Virus record (IMG/VR): IMGVR_UViG_3300044613_003454
Coordinates: 1 to 52,813 of that record
DNA from: a virus
Taxonomy: Duplodnaviria > Caudoviricetes
Length of the DNA: 52,813 nt
Direction: 5' to 3' (one strand)
In this document: positions 50,465 through 52,813 of the stretch, piece by piece
Numbering within the stretch: the first letter of the stretch is position 1
How the letters are laid out: every line of letters begins with the position of its first letter
The notes under the pieces: model-generated
The model's input: only the letters and a program-made list of their open reading frames with translations
The model's database searches: none
What the model was told of the DNA's origin: nothing
Position numbers and translations under genes: made by a program

Positions 50465-52483
50465 TTACATTCCTTGCATGGGAGCCATCGGCATCTGCGG
50501 GCCCGGGGCTCCCTGCTGGAGACCCTGCATCTGGGCCATCTGCTGGTCCAGTCGCCCCAGCATAGCCACATCGTCAGGATTGGGAAGGGCGTTCGGAAGT
50601 ACCAAGCCCATGAAGCCCATCAGGGTCTTGTGGTACTCGATGAAGGCGTTCTGCACTTCCGCCCCCGCGACCGCCATGGTGGGCCCGGCCATGAAGGCAT
50701 TGAGCACCCGGATCTGCATCTCGGGCTTGGTGGTCTGCGGCGTCAGGATCACCTGTCCGGGAGTCTTTCCGTCACCGTAGAGGAGCAGGCAGTTCCGCAC
50801 CACCGACTCGTAGGCCGACTGGTGCTCGTCGGTCCACATCGCGAAGTCGAGACCCTCCTTCAGGGCGAACAGCATGAAGGTGTCCGGGTCGATCTGGAAC
50901 TGCTGCTGGAGCTGGAGGGCTTCCTGCTTGCGGGCCACCTTCGACCGGGGGTTGATGTCCTTGATCTTGAACGACAGCTGTGACAGGGACGGCAGGGGGT
51001 TCTGCTCGAACGAGACCTGCATCGTCTCGGGGTCCACCACGACGCCGGCCAGGTCCAGGGTGAGCTGGTCCACCGTGAACGTCTTGGGGCTGAACACCAC
51101 CTCCCGGACGGTGCTCGCCAGGACGCTCCGGTAGCAGTCTCCCCACGCCTGCTGCACGCCGGCGGTCGGGGTGTTCATCGCCCGGTTGACCTGCTCGTCC
51201 AGGAACTGGAGCCCGGTCGCCGAGTCCACGCGGCCCTTCTCCGCAATCAGGTCCCGGATCGGGTTGAGCCGGTCGATCTGCTGGATGGCGAACGCACTCA
51301 CCTTGCCCGGAACGTCGCCCGAGGTGAAGGGGGTGATGTTGAACGGCTTGAACCCCTCGCTGATCGGGTCCGGTTCCCACGGGAACACCCGGAGTCCCTG
51401 GCCCACATCCCGCAGCATGGTGTTCGCGTTGAACGATCCGTGCGGCAGCACCAGCACGCCGTACCGGTCGATGTCCCGGATGTTGTTGAACAGGGTCTTC
51501 TGGAGCTGCTCGGCCTCCCGACAGAGGGGGAACAGGAGGTCGAAGACGCCGGCGCCGTGGAAGGTGCCGTTCTCCATGAACCTCGCGAACCCGATCGGGC
51601 AGTAGACCTCCCGCCCCTCCAGGTCCTCGTCGTGGATCACGTACTCGCCGCTCGTCACGACGTACCGGCTGACGGTGTCACGGGGCCCCTTGAGCCACAG
51701 CTCCCGCACGCGGACGACCTCAAGGGTCTCCTTCGAGGCGTCGTACCCACCCAGACGGTTGTCCGAGTAGGTGATCTGGCTGCCCAGGGTGTACTCGTTC
51801 GAGGTCCGCTGCTCGTAGGTCTCGCCCGGCTTGATCGTGTAGAACTCCAGCCGCTCCTTGTTGCGGGCCACCTTGGGTCCGAACACGTCCTTCAGGTACT
51901 CAAGGGACACCATCCGCTGACGGAGGAGACCCCGCTGCTTGGTGTAATCCTGCGTGAGGCTCGGGAACGGGAACAGCTCGATGGGGTGGACGACCTCCAG
52001 GTCGGCCGTCATGCCCACCGTGGGGTGGTTGACGATGTGCCCGGCGATGCCGCACGACCCCAGGAGGGCGAAGATGTGGTTGAACTGGGGCACCACGCGG
52101 GAGAGCTGGTGCTCCGAGACCACCTGGTCGAGCATGATCTGGGCGATCGACCGCTGCCGGATCGAGCTGAGGGACGACCCGATGCGGGTGACCATCGGCC
52201 TGAAGTCCAGGCTGGACAGCCGGCCAGAGATCTTGTCCACCGCCGACAGGAGTTCCGAGCTCTGGAACTCCATCCGGTCCTCCTCGTTCAGGTAGGAGTA
52301 CCGGACGGCCCCGCTGTCGGGGTCGAAAACGTCAAACTGACGGGCCCCCATCAGGTAGTACAGGGCCACCAGCCACGTCGCCCTGCGGTACGCCAGGCTG
52401 CTCCATTCCCTCTCCACGTGCTCGTCGATGATCCGGGCCAGCGCCATCGGATCCTTGGTCAGCTTGATCGGGTCGGTTGCCAT
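50465..52483 (-). CDS. Portal protein
   Basis: 672 aa, one gene downstream of terL across the junction; SATG motif and Q/M/P-rich tail typical of P22-like portals. Confidence 0.8.
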   Translation of the reverse strand: MATDPIKLTKDPMALARIIDEHVEREWSSLAYRRATWLVALYYLMGARQFDVFDPDSGAVRYSYLNEEDRMEFQSSELLSAVDKISGRLSSLDFRPMVTRIGSSLSSIRQRSIAQIMLDQVVSEHQLSRVVPQFNHIFALLGSCGIAGHIVNHPTVGMTADLEVVHPIELFPFPSLTQDYTKQRGLLRQRMVSLEYLKDVFGPKVARNKERLEFYTIKPGETYEQRTSNEYTLGSQITYSDNRLGGYDASKETLEVVRVRELWLKGPRDTVSRYVVTSGEYVIHDEDLEGREVYCPIGFARFMENGTFHGAGVFDLLFPLCREAEQLQKTLFNNIRDIDRYGVLVLPHGSFNANTMLRDVGQGLRVFPWEPDPISEGFKPFNITPFTSGDVPGKVSAFAIQQIDRLNPIRDLIAEKGRVDSATGLQFLDEQVNRAMNTPTAGVQQAWGDCYRSVLASTVREVVFSPKTFTVDQLTLDLAGVVVDPETMQVSFEQNPLPSLSQLSFKIKDINPRSKVARKQEALQLQQQFQIDPDTFMLFALKEGLDFAMWTDEHQSAYESVVRNCLLLYGDGKTPGQVILTPQTTKPEMQIRVLNAFMAGPTMAVAGAEVQNAFIEYHKTLMGFMGLVLPNALPNPDDVAMLGRLDQQMAQMQGLQQGAPGPQMPMAPMQGM

Positions 52484-52751
52484 TCTTCTGTGCCTTCTTG
52501 GCTGCGTATCCGCCAGGGATCATCTTGACCCGTTCGCGGATCTGGGCGTATTGGACCACGGTTTCGCGTGGGGGGACATCGTTCGCGGGGATTCCCCCAC
52601 TGATTCCGACGGACGGGTGGCGTGAACCGTTCCCGTAGTAGGCCAGGCAGAGGATCCCTAGCCAAGAATCAGTCAGAGTGACCACTTGATCCGCCCCGCG
52701 ATTCAGTGGGGGTTCAGGGGTAGCGGACCCCCCGAAGTACCACCGGGCCAT
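52332..52751 (-). CDS. Hypothetical protein spanning the circular junction
   Basis: Frame stays open through the repeat to ATG 207 (MQEPLTQDRP..); lies between terL and portal. Confidence 0.5.
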   Translation of the reverse strand: MARWYFGGSATPEPPLNRGADQVVTLTDSWLGILCLAYYGNGSRHPSVGISGGIPANDVPPRETVVQYAQIRERVKMIPGGYAAKKAQKNGNRPDQADQGSDGAGPDHRRARGEGMEQPGVPQGDVAGGPVLPDGGPSV

Positions 52752-52813
52752 CGCCTCGAAGACGGGGAGGGGTATCCGGTTCTCAGATCTTGGACCGGCC
52801 GGTCGGTCTTGGG
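52623..52813. repeat. Terminal direct repeat, right copy
   Basis: Direct match to 1-191 with one mismatch. Confidence 0.97.

Larger units (their letters stand above)
81..52712. repeat. Dispersed 10-bp motif CCCCCACTGA / TCAGTGGGGG (at least 19 exact unique copies plus 8 variants)
   Basis: Exact + copies start at 14131, 15879, 22321, 23075, 25771, 26187, 31094, 33191, 37066, 39255, 42656, 50103, 52594. Exact - copies start at 81 (=52703), 4881, 14154, 20287, 41911, 45938. Last-base variants (G or T) at 2278, 9162, 9697, 18894, 31111, 37191, 39930, 46374. Confidence 0.95.

Noticed and set aside
81-52712. CCCCCACTGA as a CRISPR or other array repeat, or as a protein-level repeat
   Set aside because: Copies are only 10 bp, irregularly dispersed with no spacer periodicity, and occur in several reading frames
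1-52813. Many long antisense and alternate-frame ORFs in the track (e.g. 44860-47217, 34845-36617, 22457-23854, 3392-4714)
   Set aside because: Shadow ORFs expected at high GC; they lie opposite well-supported genes and lack motifs
1-52813. Prophage or integrative element
   Set aside because: No integrase, att-like site or host genes recognised, and the ends circularise

Overview
A complete, circularly permuted genome of a high-GC (roughly 65% by eye) tailed dsDNA phage with podovirus-like gene organisation. Bases 1-191 recur at 52623-52813 with one mismatch, giving a unit genome of 52,622 bp. The minus strand carries packaging and virion genes: TerL, candidate TerS, portal, scaffold, major capsid, an adaptor-fibre fusion, a LamG protein, Cys-rich proteins, a nozzle-like protein with a DNRLRE/CBM96-like insert, and large ejection-type proteins. 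The plus strand (9.3-26.5 kb) carries a D5/P4-type helicase, an origin-like intergenic region, early genes (SSB-like, DUF932, GP88-like), a UDG-like gene overlapping a family A DNA polymerase, an ERCC4 nuclease, holin/spanin-like genes, a sigma-70-like factor and an exonuclease/AAA/SSB recombination module. I recognise no integrase, repressor, endolysin, primase, tRNA, CRISPR array or reverse transcriptase. The most striking unexplained signal is the 10-mer CCCCCACTGA. I counted at least 19 exact copies and 8 last-base variants spread around the genome on both strands. Most lie inside genes in different reading frames, and some form inverted pairs, which suggests an undescribed genome-wide protein-binding-site system. 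All product calls come from motif recognition by eye; no database searches were run.
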